DNA of 64,000 nucleotides. Source: Ascidiella aspersa (lineage: Eukaryota). Position 1 is the first letter of the stretch; each line of letters starts with the position of its first letter. Made by a program: the position numbers and the translations under genes. This document shows, piece by piece, positions 13,209 through 25,810 of the stretch. The stretch is taken from contig OZ004610.1 of the NCBI GenBank assembly GCA_963924565.1, forward strand, positions 28,706,001-28,770,000, written 5' to 3'. The notes under the pieces are model-generated. The model made no database searches. It saw only the letters and a list, made by a program, of their open reading frames with translations, and had not been told where the DNA came from.

Positions 13209-16200
13209 TCATTGCCCATTTGATTCGACCGGCGCCTCATACTTTCTGCCAGAGCGTTTTGACGAAAAACGTTCGCAAATGGTAAAGGCCTTCAGCTCCA
13301 GTGCGTCACCTAGTGTCTCGGGCAACCTGGTGCCGTGGGTTTCCGGAAGTCGGAGACTAAGAAGTGACGCAATGACGCAAAGCGCGCTGATGACGTAAAA
13401 GGGTATGAAGCGGTCGATTGTTTCGCCTGCGAAGGTAAACAAGTTAAGTTGTAAAAGTAACACACTTTTTTGGAACGCGGTTCCAGACAGTTCAGGCCTA
13501 CTTTCAGTACTGCTATGAAAATCTGCCAAGTTCGAAAAAAATATTTTTTTCTTTGACCTGATAACACATATTTAGACAGACATATATAACACGGATCTGT
13601 AATAACGCTTGATAATGAATTGCCAAAGACAAAAAGGTCGAGTAGATCGACATCATCTTTATGAAGACGTTTCGATACGAGCTCGTACCATCTTCAGGTA
13701 ATTTGACTAAGAAGTAATTCAAGCACAACTTATAAAAGGTGGGACCCAATTTTTGTTAGACAAGTTTCACATTAACTAAAGATGACACAAGCTCGTATCA
13801 CAAGCTTATAGTCACATAGTTGTGTAAAAGCCTGTCAACACTATAAAACGATATTGGTGTGTCTTGGCGCGCAAGCATAGTTTTGTGTAACTCAGAAAAA
13901 AAACATGGTGAGCGGTCTCGTAATTAAGCTCAGCAATTTGTACACCAGAACGCGCTGCTTAAAAGTGTTTAGTCTTCATCGCGTCCCTTTATACATTATC
14001 GCCAGTTTGCTTTTGTCAAAAGTTTCCCATGAAAGGAATCTTAGAGAAAAAAAGCTTGGAAACCAACAAGGGCCTTCCTATTATATCGCTCACCTGCGTG
14101 GATGATGAAGGGCGAAATGGCGACCAGGAATCTCGACAGGGCACATATGAGCCCCACACCGGTGTTACGTAGAGAGGTCGGGAATACGTCACCAGTAAGC
14201 GAGTAGACCATGGCGCAGGCAGCAGTGGCAAACGACTTGCCAGCCAGGGCGGAGGCCACGCCACCCGTTAGGCTTACTGAAAGGAAAGATGCTGATTTTA
14301 AGTGACACCAAGGGTGGTATAGGGCAGTGCTTCTTAAACTTTTTTAGTTTTGTTCACCCCTAGCACCTATCTCCAGATTTCATTCACCCTTGTCTAAAAA
14401 CAAATTCTCGCCCGTTCACTGAACAGGTTGAACACCCGGAATATCCGCCCTGCTCGCATTTCTGACAATTCACCCTTATTCCCCCTTTTAGGTTGGTTCG
14501 CCCCTCCAAATTTTATTCACCCCTTTTATTCACCCTAGGGGGGACCATTCACCTGATTAACACTGGTATAGGGTGATCATGTGGCACTGTATAAAGACAA
14601 GTTGTATTAGATTATTTCTATTACGACGTGTGTGTGACGTAGCAATGGTCGTCACTGTATAAAATTTAAATGGCTCAAATTGAGAATCTTCGCGATAATC
14701 GACATATAGCAACAACTTTTATTGTATTAACATTTTGACATCAATTGTTGTGTCATTTTGAAATGACCCATTAATTATTTTAACTTCAGTCCAAGTCAAG
14801 TCTTTTTAAAATATAGCAAGTCAAGTCCCAATCCAGCAAGTCACAAGTTTTCCAATACAAGTTCCAGTCAAGTCATTATTATAGCAAGTCGAACTACAAA
14901 TGTAAAAATAAAAAGATAAACCATTAAAATAGGTAAACTTGACCGATTTAGGCAATAACTCAACTAAACAATAACAAAAGAACAACATGTAGCAATCTAA
15001 TCGTTTTATGTGCAAAACTTGCGATAAATAGCTATAATTTGTATGATTAAATGGTAAATAAAAACACCATATTTAAACCCAAGTCATTTGAATCAATGAC
15101 TTAAATCAAGTAAAGTCATTTTATCAAAATGACTTAAGTCAAGTCAATTAAAAAGAGTGACTTAAATGCACTTAAGTCAAGCCATTGTTTTAAGTGCACT
15201 TAAGTTAAGTCATTACAGCGGTGCCAATTACTTTACTTGCTTTGACAATATCTTGGAGTGGATCTTGCCTCACTTGTCTATGTCATGTAAAATACCACAA
15301 GCGGGAGAGGTCATTCAAACTGGATTTCACAGCGCTGGATTTTTATGTAAAACTAGAAAAACTAACCTTTCGAAACGAGGGCCACGGTAAAGCAGGCCGT
15401 CGAAGTGAGGAGTAGGGAAGCGAAGTAGGGTCGGATCCGACCGAAGCGTTTGGTGACCCCGATCGCAAAGAGAATGGCCGGGACCTCGAGCACGGCTGAT
15501 AGAAAACAGCTGAGGTACATGTTCGAAGCCAGGTTGGACGAGTTGAGCGAAAGGGTGATAAGCGCTAGAAGACAGGCGGTCCTACATGCAAATAGAGATT
15601 CGATTTATGCTTTGTCTGTTCTTTTTCATATATTCCCCTATTATACTTTTCAGGAAGTTTTTCTTGATTTTTGTTACGCAATGGCGCGCCTCAGTATTTC
15701 TTAAAAAGAGTTGGCGCACCTTCCGAGCGAAGCAAGCACGAAGTGTTTGGGTATACCGGTATATCGTATTAATTGCTTGGAAGTGTTTATTACCAAGGCC
15801 ACAGTTGCATTGTCTTCACCAGTAGCAATCAGTTCTATACAGTATACGCTGAACTTTATATAAGCGAGCAAAACATTAAACAATATAACAGTTGTATAAA
15901 TCGTCATACGAGCATGTCTTCGTATCCCTTTTGCATTTTTTTTCAAGTATTGGAGAAGTTTTACTCTGAGACAAACTAGCAATGTGAACTACCGCAGTTG
16001 GCCACCTAACAATAATGCCGAATATCGCGACAAACTTTCACCTCTATAGGCCAAATCACGAAAAGTTAATTTTACCATTGAAAGATGAGGTTTAGAATAC
16101 GGCCGAGCATTGTTGGCGTCTTGACCAAGTCAAGAAACGTCACACTTCCCTTCACCTGCAACGGTGAAATGTTAACAAGTTAGCATTTACATACACAACG

Positions 16201-19200
16201 AACTAATTATCAATTGTACAATTGTTCTTCCGTCAAAATTTGAATAAAGTGCCAACGTTTCCACCACCTATTCGGGCAAATTTCTATAAGGCAATGTAAT
16301 TGCAACTAAAGGCGAAAACATATATACAAACATATTCATTGAATTTAAAGGACTGTATAATCCCCAAATCGCGATTCGATGCCGGAAAAACGCAGGAAAT
16401 TAAAAGCAATTTAAAAGTCTGGTTGAATTGACGCCAAGTTACGTAATGCGAAATAAAACGATTAACCTTGAATATCATCCGATTCGGAGAAATAAGTTAG
16501 CCAAAATGTAAGAAAAATCCAAATGAAAAAATCTGATATAACAAAATGGTAAATGAAAACAATTAATTTCAATCTAGGCCATTTGACTCAATGACTTAAG
16601 TCCAAGTCAAGTCCTTTGTCCAAAATATTTAAGTTCAGTCAAGTAATTTTACCAAAAAGACTTGTCAAGTAAAGTCATTTCAAAACTGTGATTTAAGTGC
16701 ACCGAAATGCTTTTGGTATGAAAATTATTTGGTTACTAAGGGAGGCACAGGATAATCCCTAAAGGCCCGAGGCACAGTATAATCCCAAAAGGGCCGATAG
16801 AAGATTACTGCTTTAAAAGAACTAAAAATTTATGTAAAAAGGTATTAGTTGCAACAAAAGCCCAAATGTGTTGTTTGTTCACTTTGAGTCGAACTTGTTA
16901 ACAGCTTAGTAACCTTTACTGAGTAATCCGAACAAAACAACAAAGGTTGTAAAAAAGATTTAAAACAACTTTATACAAAATGTCGGAGCAGGCTTAGATC
17001 CCGATTTTAACAAAAATAATAATAATAATAATATTATTGTTTCATCAACCTTTACTGAGTACTAAGTCATGGTAAATATTAACAAAGCGTAATAAAAAAC
17101 AGAATTTAACCATCGCGTGATTGTGGTTTTCTTTATCATGCTGCGTTTGCATTTCAACAGTGTCGGACAGCATCTGAGAAGCGCTCTCTTTTCTTTTCGA
17201 TGCAATATTGAGGCTTCGCTGTTTGTTGTGCAACCACAGAGGGGACTCGGGAATTAACCTACGGCGAAAGAAACAGCACGTGAACAAATGTACACATTTA
17301 TACAGAAAATCCTATTTGAATTGGATTAAACAGTGTTCTCGACTGTAACTATATATAGGGATGTTCGATAATTTACATTTTATTGGATACCAATATTTTA
17401 GACAAATAAGTTCGCGATCCTATCCGATAGCAAAGGACGCAGTAACTATGCTCATACGGTAAAAAATGATTTTATCGAAGGTTGCAATGGAAAGCTATTC
17501 GGCCAAACTTTGCCTTGGTCTATTTAACATTAATGGGTCTTTTTAACTCAACTTGTTTACCTACGCTTATCATGGCTTGAATTCCTATATCATTTTTTTA
17601 TCGGTGCCGAACCGATATCACCCTAGTATCGGGCGAGTACCGATACTACGACCTGGAGTCGGGTATCGACTCCGATCCGATATTATCGAACACATCTAGT
17701 TGTAACAATGGCAACTATTTTCGCCGTTGCTCGTATAATTTTAACAATTTCGGTCTTTTTAAACCAACACCCTGCGATTACGTTTCAGAATTTGCGATTT
17801 ACGCCGATTACGTTTTAGAAGTCTGTTTACTTGGATTCTAATGAAAATTTTAAACCTCTAATTCGAAATCTGCTTGCAACGGTCATGTTAAAAGCTTTTA
17901 CAGGAATAAAATGGGAGCGTTTAAAATTGAATTTTCTGCGGGAAATAGAAATACACTATAAAACCTAATTTTGGTCCGCTTACCAGTAATATGGAATGAA
18001 CAGAAAGGGGAAGATACCCATGAGCCTCATAAACCACAGCCAATCCGCAATCAGAAACCTGCAAAAATATAGGCCGCTTTTAAAAGTGGTATCAAAAAGA
18101 TTTTAAACTAAGCTTCGTGCAGGGCTGCGGAGTCGAAGTCATACTCGTGACTCGAGTAAGATAACGTAGGACTACCCGAGTCCTGAGCCAACTCTCCTAA
18201 CTGATAAGGCCGCAAACTGTAAAATGTTAAGGTGCGATAACATAGGGTGGAATATGTTACAACCATGTATCGCGGGTAAAGGAATCATGCTATACCTCTA
18301 TAAATGGATTGCTTAATGTCAACCTTGAATTAGTTACGTAAATGAGTAACATACAGGTAGTAGAATTGAATGAGCCGGACTCTAGTTTTAAACCACTCCG
18401 CAGCTCCGGTTATCAAACAGATATACTAGGCTTCGTGTATTCTAATTTCTTTTATTTCTACTTCCTGGTAAGGCATGGTTGTGCGAAAGCTTGACAAGAT
18501 TTTTATATAATTTGTCGTAAAACAGTGCCACCTAAATTCAAGATTTAAAACTAGACAAATACGGATAGCAAATAGCAACAAATATTAATCAAAGCAATAA
18601 AATATTCTTACCACGCCAAAGGCAGGAACATATACCCGACGGTGAAAAACAAGTTGGGGATAATTCCAATAACCGCACGTTCGCTTTCTGCAGACATTTC
18701 CTGCGCTATACAATAACAATTTTTTTACTAAGATGTAAATAAATGGCAAGGTAATATAGAGAACCGTTATCCGCCATCCTCGTAGAGTTTATTCTTTTCA
18801 GTACACTTTATTCATTTCAGTAGACTTTATAAATTTTAATTCTTGATTTTAATTTAGTAAAATAGTTATTGCGTGCAATAGGATAATTTTAAATTCTTTA
18901 AGCCAATAGCTTCGTTTGGATAATTTACGGAAATCAGTTGGTCTTATCAGGATTATATTGCCAGTTAGGTCAGGCTACAAAAAACAACTAGGTGCTCGGC
19001 TATACCGCACTCTACCAACAGAGCTACAAGGCAATATAAGAGGGGAGTAAGTCAAGAAACGACCATAGCACCGTTGCCTGCTGCGTACTTATCACACGTA
19101 AAATGTCTTGTGATGGGGGATTAACAGTTCGGATAAATCTACTGAGTCGCTTTGAAACCCATTCAGGAAAATGTGTTTATCCTAGATATTTTATCGTTAA

Positions 19201-22200
19201 TTTTTTACAAACTTTTGGTGACCCATACCCGTTAAATTAGCTTCATTTCATAGTTCGTTCCCAATGGAATGCGGTTCCTATACATTATGTCCTGGTTAAA
19301 AACTAATATTTGCTGGTAGGTTACTTTATTTAGGATTACAAATCCATTATTTCATCCACCGACACCACAAATTCAATGCAATAAGTTGGGTTCGAGCAAT
19401 TTGGGCGTCAAAAGGCTTGCTAATCAAGTTAAATAGCAGGACGGTTTCAGACAGCAAAAGACACAATAAGGTATTTTACTGAGAGTATTAGATCGCTTTT
19501 AAACCTTTTTTTTTAAATAAACTAATCTGCAATTTGAAAGTTGAAAAAAAAATGTGATTTTGCCCAACCTGGCCATAGTAGAGCATTGTAATTTATAATA
19601 CGTTCTATATTTGCAATTTCTATTCAATAACTGTCGAAAACATTGTTTTCAATGCGATATGAATACGTACCCAGGATTAAAGCGCAGATATAGAAAGCAA
19701 TCGAAGTTGCTCCAGACAGACTCATACAAATCATGAACACCGCGAGGTTCGACGTGATAGTTGAAATCAAAAGAAAAATCCCAGTAAGGTAAAGAGTGGA
19801 AAGCATGACTGGGCGTCTTCCGAACCTGGAAGTGAAACAAATTTTTCGCTAGTGTTTCATATGACGGTAAGCAAAATTAGCCGTATTTTTGTCATGATTA
19901 AGTTGGCATTGCTCGGGTGTGTTTTTTTAGAGTTTATTTACTACCTATGCTCGTGAAAGCCGAGGCCGTGGGTTCAAATCTCAATGCAACTATTTTTTTC
20001 AAATGGCAGTTGGTAGAAGGTAATTTTCGTTCATATCTTCACTGTGTAGGATTAGGATTAAAACAATTGGGTTAGTTTTTCGTATATAACGTAATGTTGT
20101 AATCATGGACGATTCAGAATTTTGGTTTGGGGGGCCATAAAATTTTCAGAGATGACACCATTAGGGTACGTTACAAAACAATTAATATTGAAAACACCTG
20201 GTGTTATCGACAAATAGGTAGCTAAAAATTAGTCTAATAGCGCAAGGCGCGAATAAACCTGCATGTAGCCAATGTAACATTTAAATTGGAAAACGTTCAA
20301 TTTATTGAAAATTGATGCATTTGGCAAATCAAATAGATTCAAGTATCGATCAATAGAACGACATTTTTAATTTAACTTTTATGAGTTCACAGCCCTGCTC
20401 AACAAGCTATTAGTGTGAGTGGCACGTTTTGGCTGTACAGAGCTCCCTAGATTCATGTAAACAATATTAAAAACTGAAACAAGGCCTGGTCACCCTATAC
20501 TAGATACACCCCCTGATCGTAAGTACTTATGTAGCCAAAAATATAAGCATACACAATTCCTAAATATATAGGCATATGAATTATTGGAGGACATCGACTG
20601 ATTAGTTACCATTGCAAATGGCATCTCTGTCGTTGATCAGCACTATACATAAGAAGGGCCAGAATAAAAATATACACATAGAAGCCGACAAGTTTTCAGT
20701 TTGTAATACCGAAGACTGGGGTACAGTGTATGTTCGGTGCTATAATAAAAAGCAATTAGGAGCGTACCATGCGTAAAACAGATATGTATCAGGCCCTAAC
20801 AAAACTGGTAGAAAGGACGCCAAGTTTACTGCATTTGATACGCAAACCAGAACAATATTCGACTGTTTGGTAGTTACCTTATTTGTGTCGCGCAGTACAC
20901 AAGCTAGCCCGCGCAAAAAAGTATAATGAACCTAAAAAGTAATTTCGTCGTGGGCAACAGCAAGTATGCGGTTGAGCGGGACGTGTGTTATGCAAGAGTG
21001 AATAGGCATAACAATCCTCGGGGGCTATGTGGCTTAACATCCAACCCAACCGTGAAACAACAAAGATGAATATAGGCTTCATTAAGTTTGCCGTATAGGT
21101 GAAAACTTGCCTTGACAACATTTCTTGCTGAATTTCTACCTACAATCAGTTGAGTTTTCGTATAAAAAAACCTTTGAAGATTGATTCCAACAACTGGCCT
21201 TAAAAATAAAACGTTAGCAGCTTTAAAAAAATCATAAAAGGTCAAAGGTTATGCAGTCACTGTCAAACTTCAAGCAAGCCTTTGGGGGTAAATTTGATAT
21301 TCATTTTTGTTAAGAGGGTAAAACATACAAAAACGGTTAAGAAACCCTTCTTTAAGCCATGACTATTATATAATAAATATTCAGGAACAACAAACGTTTG
21401 AAAACCAACTGGTTTGTGCAAGACTTGATTTGTCCGATGCAAAGTGACCATAACATATACCTGTCAGATAAACATCCATTGCTGATCGACCCTACGAGCA
21501 TTCCAACCAGCCAAACAGCAGTCAGAAATGGTCGAATCCACGCGCGATCGCACACAAAGTTTTTCTGAAATCAGTTAAAAGAAAAAATGTTAGGATTCGG
21601 CTGATCGATTAATTTGCAAAAACGGGTTGTCAATATAACATGCATACAGCATTAACGAACGAAGATTTGTATTTTTTTTATTATGTTAATAAAGTAAATT
21701 AAACATTAGGTTTTACCGTGTTATAAAAGAAGAGTGGTAACCAGAAAATGTATTCAAATGCTGAAGAAGGTTTGGCCATTTTCTTAATTTGTTAAAATAA
21801 TTTTAAGTATAGTCTCCAATGTCTGAGTCACTTACTCATCCTGGGATAACAATATGTTGGTTTCAGTAATGTTTGTACAATAAAGGTTAAGCCAATGTTC
21901 AAATATAAGTTCAATGATTTTCTTCAGTCGTAAGACTGCCACCTAATTGTCGTTAATTCAATAAAAAAATAAGTGCCTCCATGATGAATGTTTTGTCGGT
22001 GGTGTCGTAACGCCAGCCATTGTCGCAGGGTATTATGTTTGATGAGTTGGTTTTCGATTGGTTGAAAGTTCGATTAGCGTATCTGGAGAAGTAAAATTAA
22101 TAATTTATTAGTTCAACTGTGCAGAACTCTGCAGCAGGAATACTCTTTGAAAATGAAATAGGGACACTTTATTATCACACCACATTTACAGCACGTAAAA

Positions 22201-23912
22201 CTAATACATATACCTAAGCTCTATTCTTACAACGACGAACTATACCTCCAACCAATATGCTTTAAATGAGTTTTGCGAGTATTGTAATGACTTAGGTCTT
22301 AGGAGAATTTAAGTTTCTGTTTTCAAATGACCTGTCACGACTTTATATTTTCTAAGTAAAATTACTGTGAAATCAATTAAATAAAATTATATCGACAGAA
22401 CGAATTACCTATGACAGGAGTCGAATTGGCCACTTGAATTGTCAAACGGAATGGAATGCAGCAACTGTTCTTGGGTATAGCTCACATTCTAAAGAAAAAC
22501 AGGTGATTTCATTCAGGAAATAAATTACGTACATTAACAACATAGTGTTTTGAATGGCGACAGATAAAATAAATCGCAGTCTGCTGTCATAAAATACAGC
22601 ACAACAGAAACCGGGACAAATAAAACGAATCATTTTATCTTATCTAAATCTAAACAAATCACGTCCGTTTGCGCAAATCAATGAATCAGAAATACACAAC
22701 AGGCTGTTCAAAAAACGATTCTGTGCGTCGTAAAGCAATGAAGCGTGCTTGTTTCCCCACATAAAAACGTGAATGTGCTTCCGTTGGCTGTGGGTGGCGC
22801 AGTTCCAATAGAGGCCAACGCTTCTGAAATAATATAGCTCATACTCATAACAAACAAAAAATAGAAATTTATAGTTTCAATGGTGCAACTTCAATCCAAA
22901 ACAATATGCCATTTTATTACAATAAACCCTTTTTGGTCAAATTGACAATTTTTAGGTAACGTTAAAGTAAAACTTTTATAAAAACAACATAGGCCTATCT
23001 GTTGTATGTTATTACAATTGTTGTTGTACCTAATATTTTACGGTTCAATGATTATGTGTTATCGCATCACTGAACGTTGTTTTTTAATTGTGGCACTGCT
23101 TACAAACGTGTTCGCATTAAATTGTTTCGTAGCGAAAGAAACGCACTTAACAAGTCTGGCACTACAACAAAATCAATCTTAGCACGACATAAAATAAATA
23201 TCAAAGCACATACAGTAGTGACTAGCATATTTTGACAATGTGGAGCATAATGGCTTACAATATGCTGATATAATATGCTGTCTACTACAATATGGGCTTT
23301 AAAATTCATTCCATGGTTAACTCAGTGGTGACCATTATATTCCACCGACTAATTTCTAACTACCATAGAAGTTTGCGGAGATGATGTTTTGGTTGTTTCG
23401 ACCCTATAACCGCAAACTTTAAGCAATTCATTCATGGACACACTTATAATTTTCATTATTGCTCCAAAGACATCAATCCTCACTTTAAAATGTACTTTGT
23501 AGTTCGTACAGTTATAACTGAACAAAAAAATTGAAGTTTATATGGTCGCGAACCTAACAGAACCTTTCGCGGACTCAAATGAGTCAGCAGACTCGGGGTT
23601 GAGAAACACTGGTCTAACTACAACCTCTAGCCATTATGCTCCAAAAATCTTGGCATGTTTTAAAAACACCAAAGCGCCAAATCAATATACTTTCAAAGTC
23701 ACGATATTAGCAGTGTTTTAAAATGCTTTAAATCAAAAGAGTCTACTTACAGCGTCCTTTGAGGCCAGTTGGCAGCGGTGTTCCGGTGTTCTGTAGACGA
23801 ACACAGGAAAGTAGGAATAGAAGCCGCATGGAGTGAAAAGTGCGCACACCAGAAAAATGGTCCTCTTTCGGTGCGGCAGGGACTTTATCCGGACCGCTGC
23901 AGCTTCGTCCAT
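13209..23912 (-). CDS. SLC22-family organic cation/carnitine transporter (MFS, ~539 aa)
   Basis: Exons (minus) 23912-23751, 22488-22409, 22082-21977, 21564-21461, 19825-19671, 18705-18612, 18058-17984, 17258-17111, 16155-16076, 15581-15367, 14276-14094, 13426-13209 (1620 nt). Motifs TPEHRC, PCDNGWRYD, NFVCD, LSDRFGRRPV, LIPESPLWL, KRFGR, DVFPTSLRNTG, LPETHGTRLPET. An alternative C-terminus via 12586-12542 and 12338-12218 is possible. Confidence 0.9.
13585..13700 (-). mobile_element. Penelope-like repeat remnant with a hammerhead-like core
   Basis: Minus strand reads CTGAAGA-T-GGTACGA-GC-TCGTATC-GAAACGTC. The downstream sequence gatgatgtcgatctact..gacctttt..caattcattatcaagc..attacagatccg recurs on + at ~60464-60530. 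Confidence 0.5.
14745..15220. mobile_element. GACTT/AAGTC-pentamer MITE copy
   Basis: Same internal sequence and aagtca arrays as 9163-9570 and 56665-57187; ends aagtcattacagcggtg. Confidence 0.7.
17356..17698. mobile_element. TAGGGATG-TIR MITE
   Basis: Inverted ends tagggatgttcgata...tatcgaacacatcta with CCGAT repeats. Confidence 0.7.
18120..18408. mobile_element. MITE with CAGGGCTGCGGAGT TIR
   Basis: Ends cagggctgcggagtc...actccgcagctccg. Confidence 0.55.
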
Positions 23913-25480
23913 CAAGGACAGAGCAAAGCTCACGACTTGGGATTAAAAATCTAAAAAAGTGCAGCCTGCTTAAAATGTATTTCTGTGTATCATATGTCAC
24001 AGCTTTTAACTATGACTGCCATTCGTTTTTTCATGGGAATTGGTCGCCTTTCTAAAAGGAAGTGAACAGTCTTACAATAAAGCGCCTAAATATCCTTGTA
24101 TGTGATTAAATATCCTTGTTTGACATTATGATTACTGATGACCTGACATGGAACGCTTTACAAAAAGCGGAAACTATAAACTAAATACGGTTTTGTTATT
24201 TGGATTTGTGAATTTTAATAGATCTTCGTTACGGCGTAATAATGTGTTATGCCAAAATCAGGAAAAAGTAATTATTGCAACCAACATTTGTGTTTTTCTA
24301 GTTTACTCCGTATTTCTTTGGAACGTTTGACCAGCATTTTAATCAGTTTGTAAACCGCAAGCTAGAATGATAGCAAAACTAATACAAGCAAGTTGAACAT
24401 TTTTTCCACAAAACGTCAAATAACGATATTACCAGCTTGGCTCATAGAGATAGATTTGTTGTTGTTCCATTGATAAATTTTGTTGTAAAATTAATTGTGT
24501 TAAAGCCAGTTTAAGAGGACAAATAATAGTTGAATTGCCCATACTTTCACATGTTTATTATTGAAAATACGTTTTTACAGAGCTTAAACAAGGCTTCGTG
24601 TTATCAAATGTCGCAAATCTGCACTGCTCGCTGGTGATGTTAAATTCGTCATTACGACCCTCTTATAAATCACCGTGATAAAAAGCTTTTAGAATGATGC
24701 CGCCACAAATTCTAGCTAGTTTTTTTATAATCAAGGGGGGCCACGAGGATTGAAAGCCTTTCTAAGGGGGCCACGAGACATAAAAGGTTGAGAACCGCTG
24801 TTCTAAACCATACTAAGCCAGGCTTTTGCAATAAACAATTTTCGATTGAACACAGTTAATAACATCTGCTAAAATAACTCTTTGGTATTAAAGCTTACTC
24901 CACTGTCTTTAATGATTGGCCTAAAAACGTTTTTCCCTAACAGGAAATTAACATATATTTCAAAGAACTGTATATGGGTAATTCCTGTCGGACGTAGGCC
25001 TATGTTGAACGTTGGACCAACGCGCCGTTTCGATTGCTTAATTGTCAGCAGGACAACAAAAAATATATTGGCAATTCGTTTTTACGATTTCAAACAGCAA
25101 AAGACACATTCTTTAAACCAGTGTTATCAAAAGGGGGGGTCGCGAGTTGACCCACATCTGTATATGCCATGCAATCCAACATAATCCTAACTATGAAATG
25201 TTCTTGTTTGGTGGGCCATAAAAAAAGTTGTTAAAGATGACGTTGTACGTAATAACATGACGTCAGGACGTTACGTCCTAAAGTTTCATCGAATACGACG
25301 CTATAAAGAAGTAACCCAGACAACAACAGAGTTTGTTCATGTTGTTTCAAAGGTTTACTTTAAATACAAAAGCATTACAAAGACGTTAATAGTTCGCGCA
25401 TTGCGAAAAATGCCTTTATATCGTTTTAGTTAAGTGAACAACAAGAGGTACGGCGCCTTCGGACTAAAGTGATTTCAACA

Positions 25481-25810
25481 CAGGGGTTCTTAAACTGGGG
25501 TCCATGGACCCCTTGGGGGTACGTGAGCCAGGTTTAGGGGTTCCATGAAGGTCTAATTGAACTACTAGTGTATATTCAAGCAATCTATTTTTCAAAGAAG
25601 AGATTCGGCTATAGTTAAAAATAAAACGTTTTTGAACTGAATATATTCATGGACTTTATTTCATTTCAAATTTTTTGGACCGAAAGCAGCAAATTTCTGA
25701 AGTTTGTTTGTATTCTGACGTCATCACTGAAAATTTCTTGCCTTTGCTGGTCCGTGCGAAGCAAAATAGTTTTTTAGGGGTCCGCGGTAAAAAAAGTTTA
25801 ACAACCCCTG
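25481..25810. mobile_element. hAT MITE (CAGGGGTTCTTAAAC family)
   Basis: TIRs caggggttcttaaac...gtttaacaacccctg, near-perfect TSD tttcaaca/ttttaaca. Inverted homologue at 58922-59258. Confidence 0.8.

Noticed and set aside
18990-20010. Isolated A-box-like (~19030, minus) and B-box-like (GGTTCAAATC ~19971) motifs
   Set aside because: No cloverleaf; at most decayed tRNA-derived SINE fragments, not tRNA genes.
22690-22825. Possible extra SLC22 exon after atttcag
   Set aside because: Not needed for frame or homology; it runs into stops without a good donor.
23368-23420. 10-bp inverted repeat AAGTTTGCGG/CCGCAAACTT, possible snoRNA or miRNA
   Set aside because: No proper C/D boxes and the inner pairing is poor.
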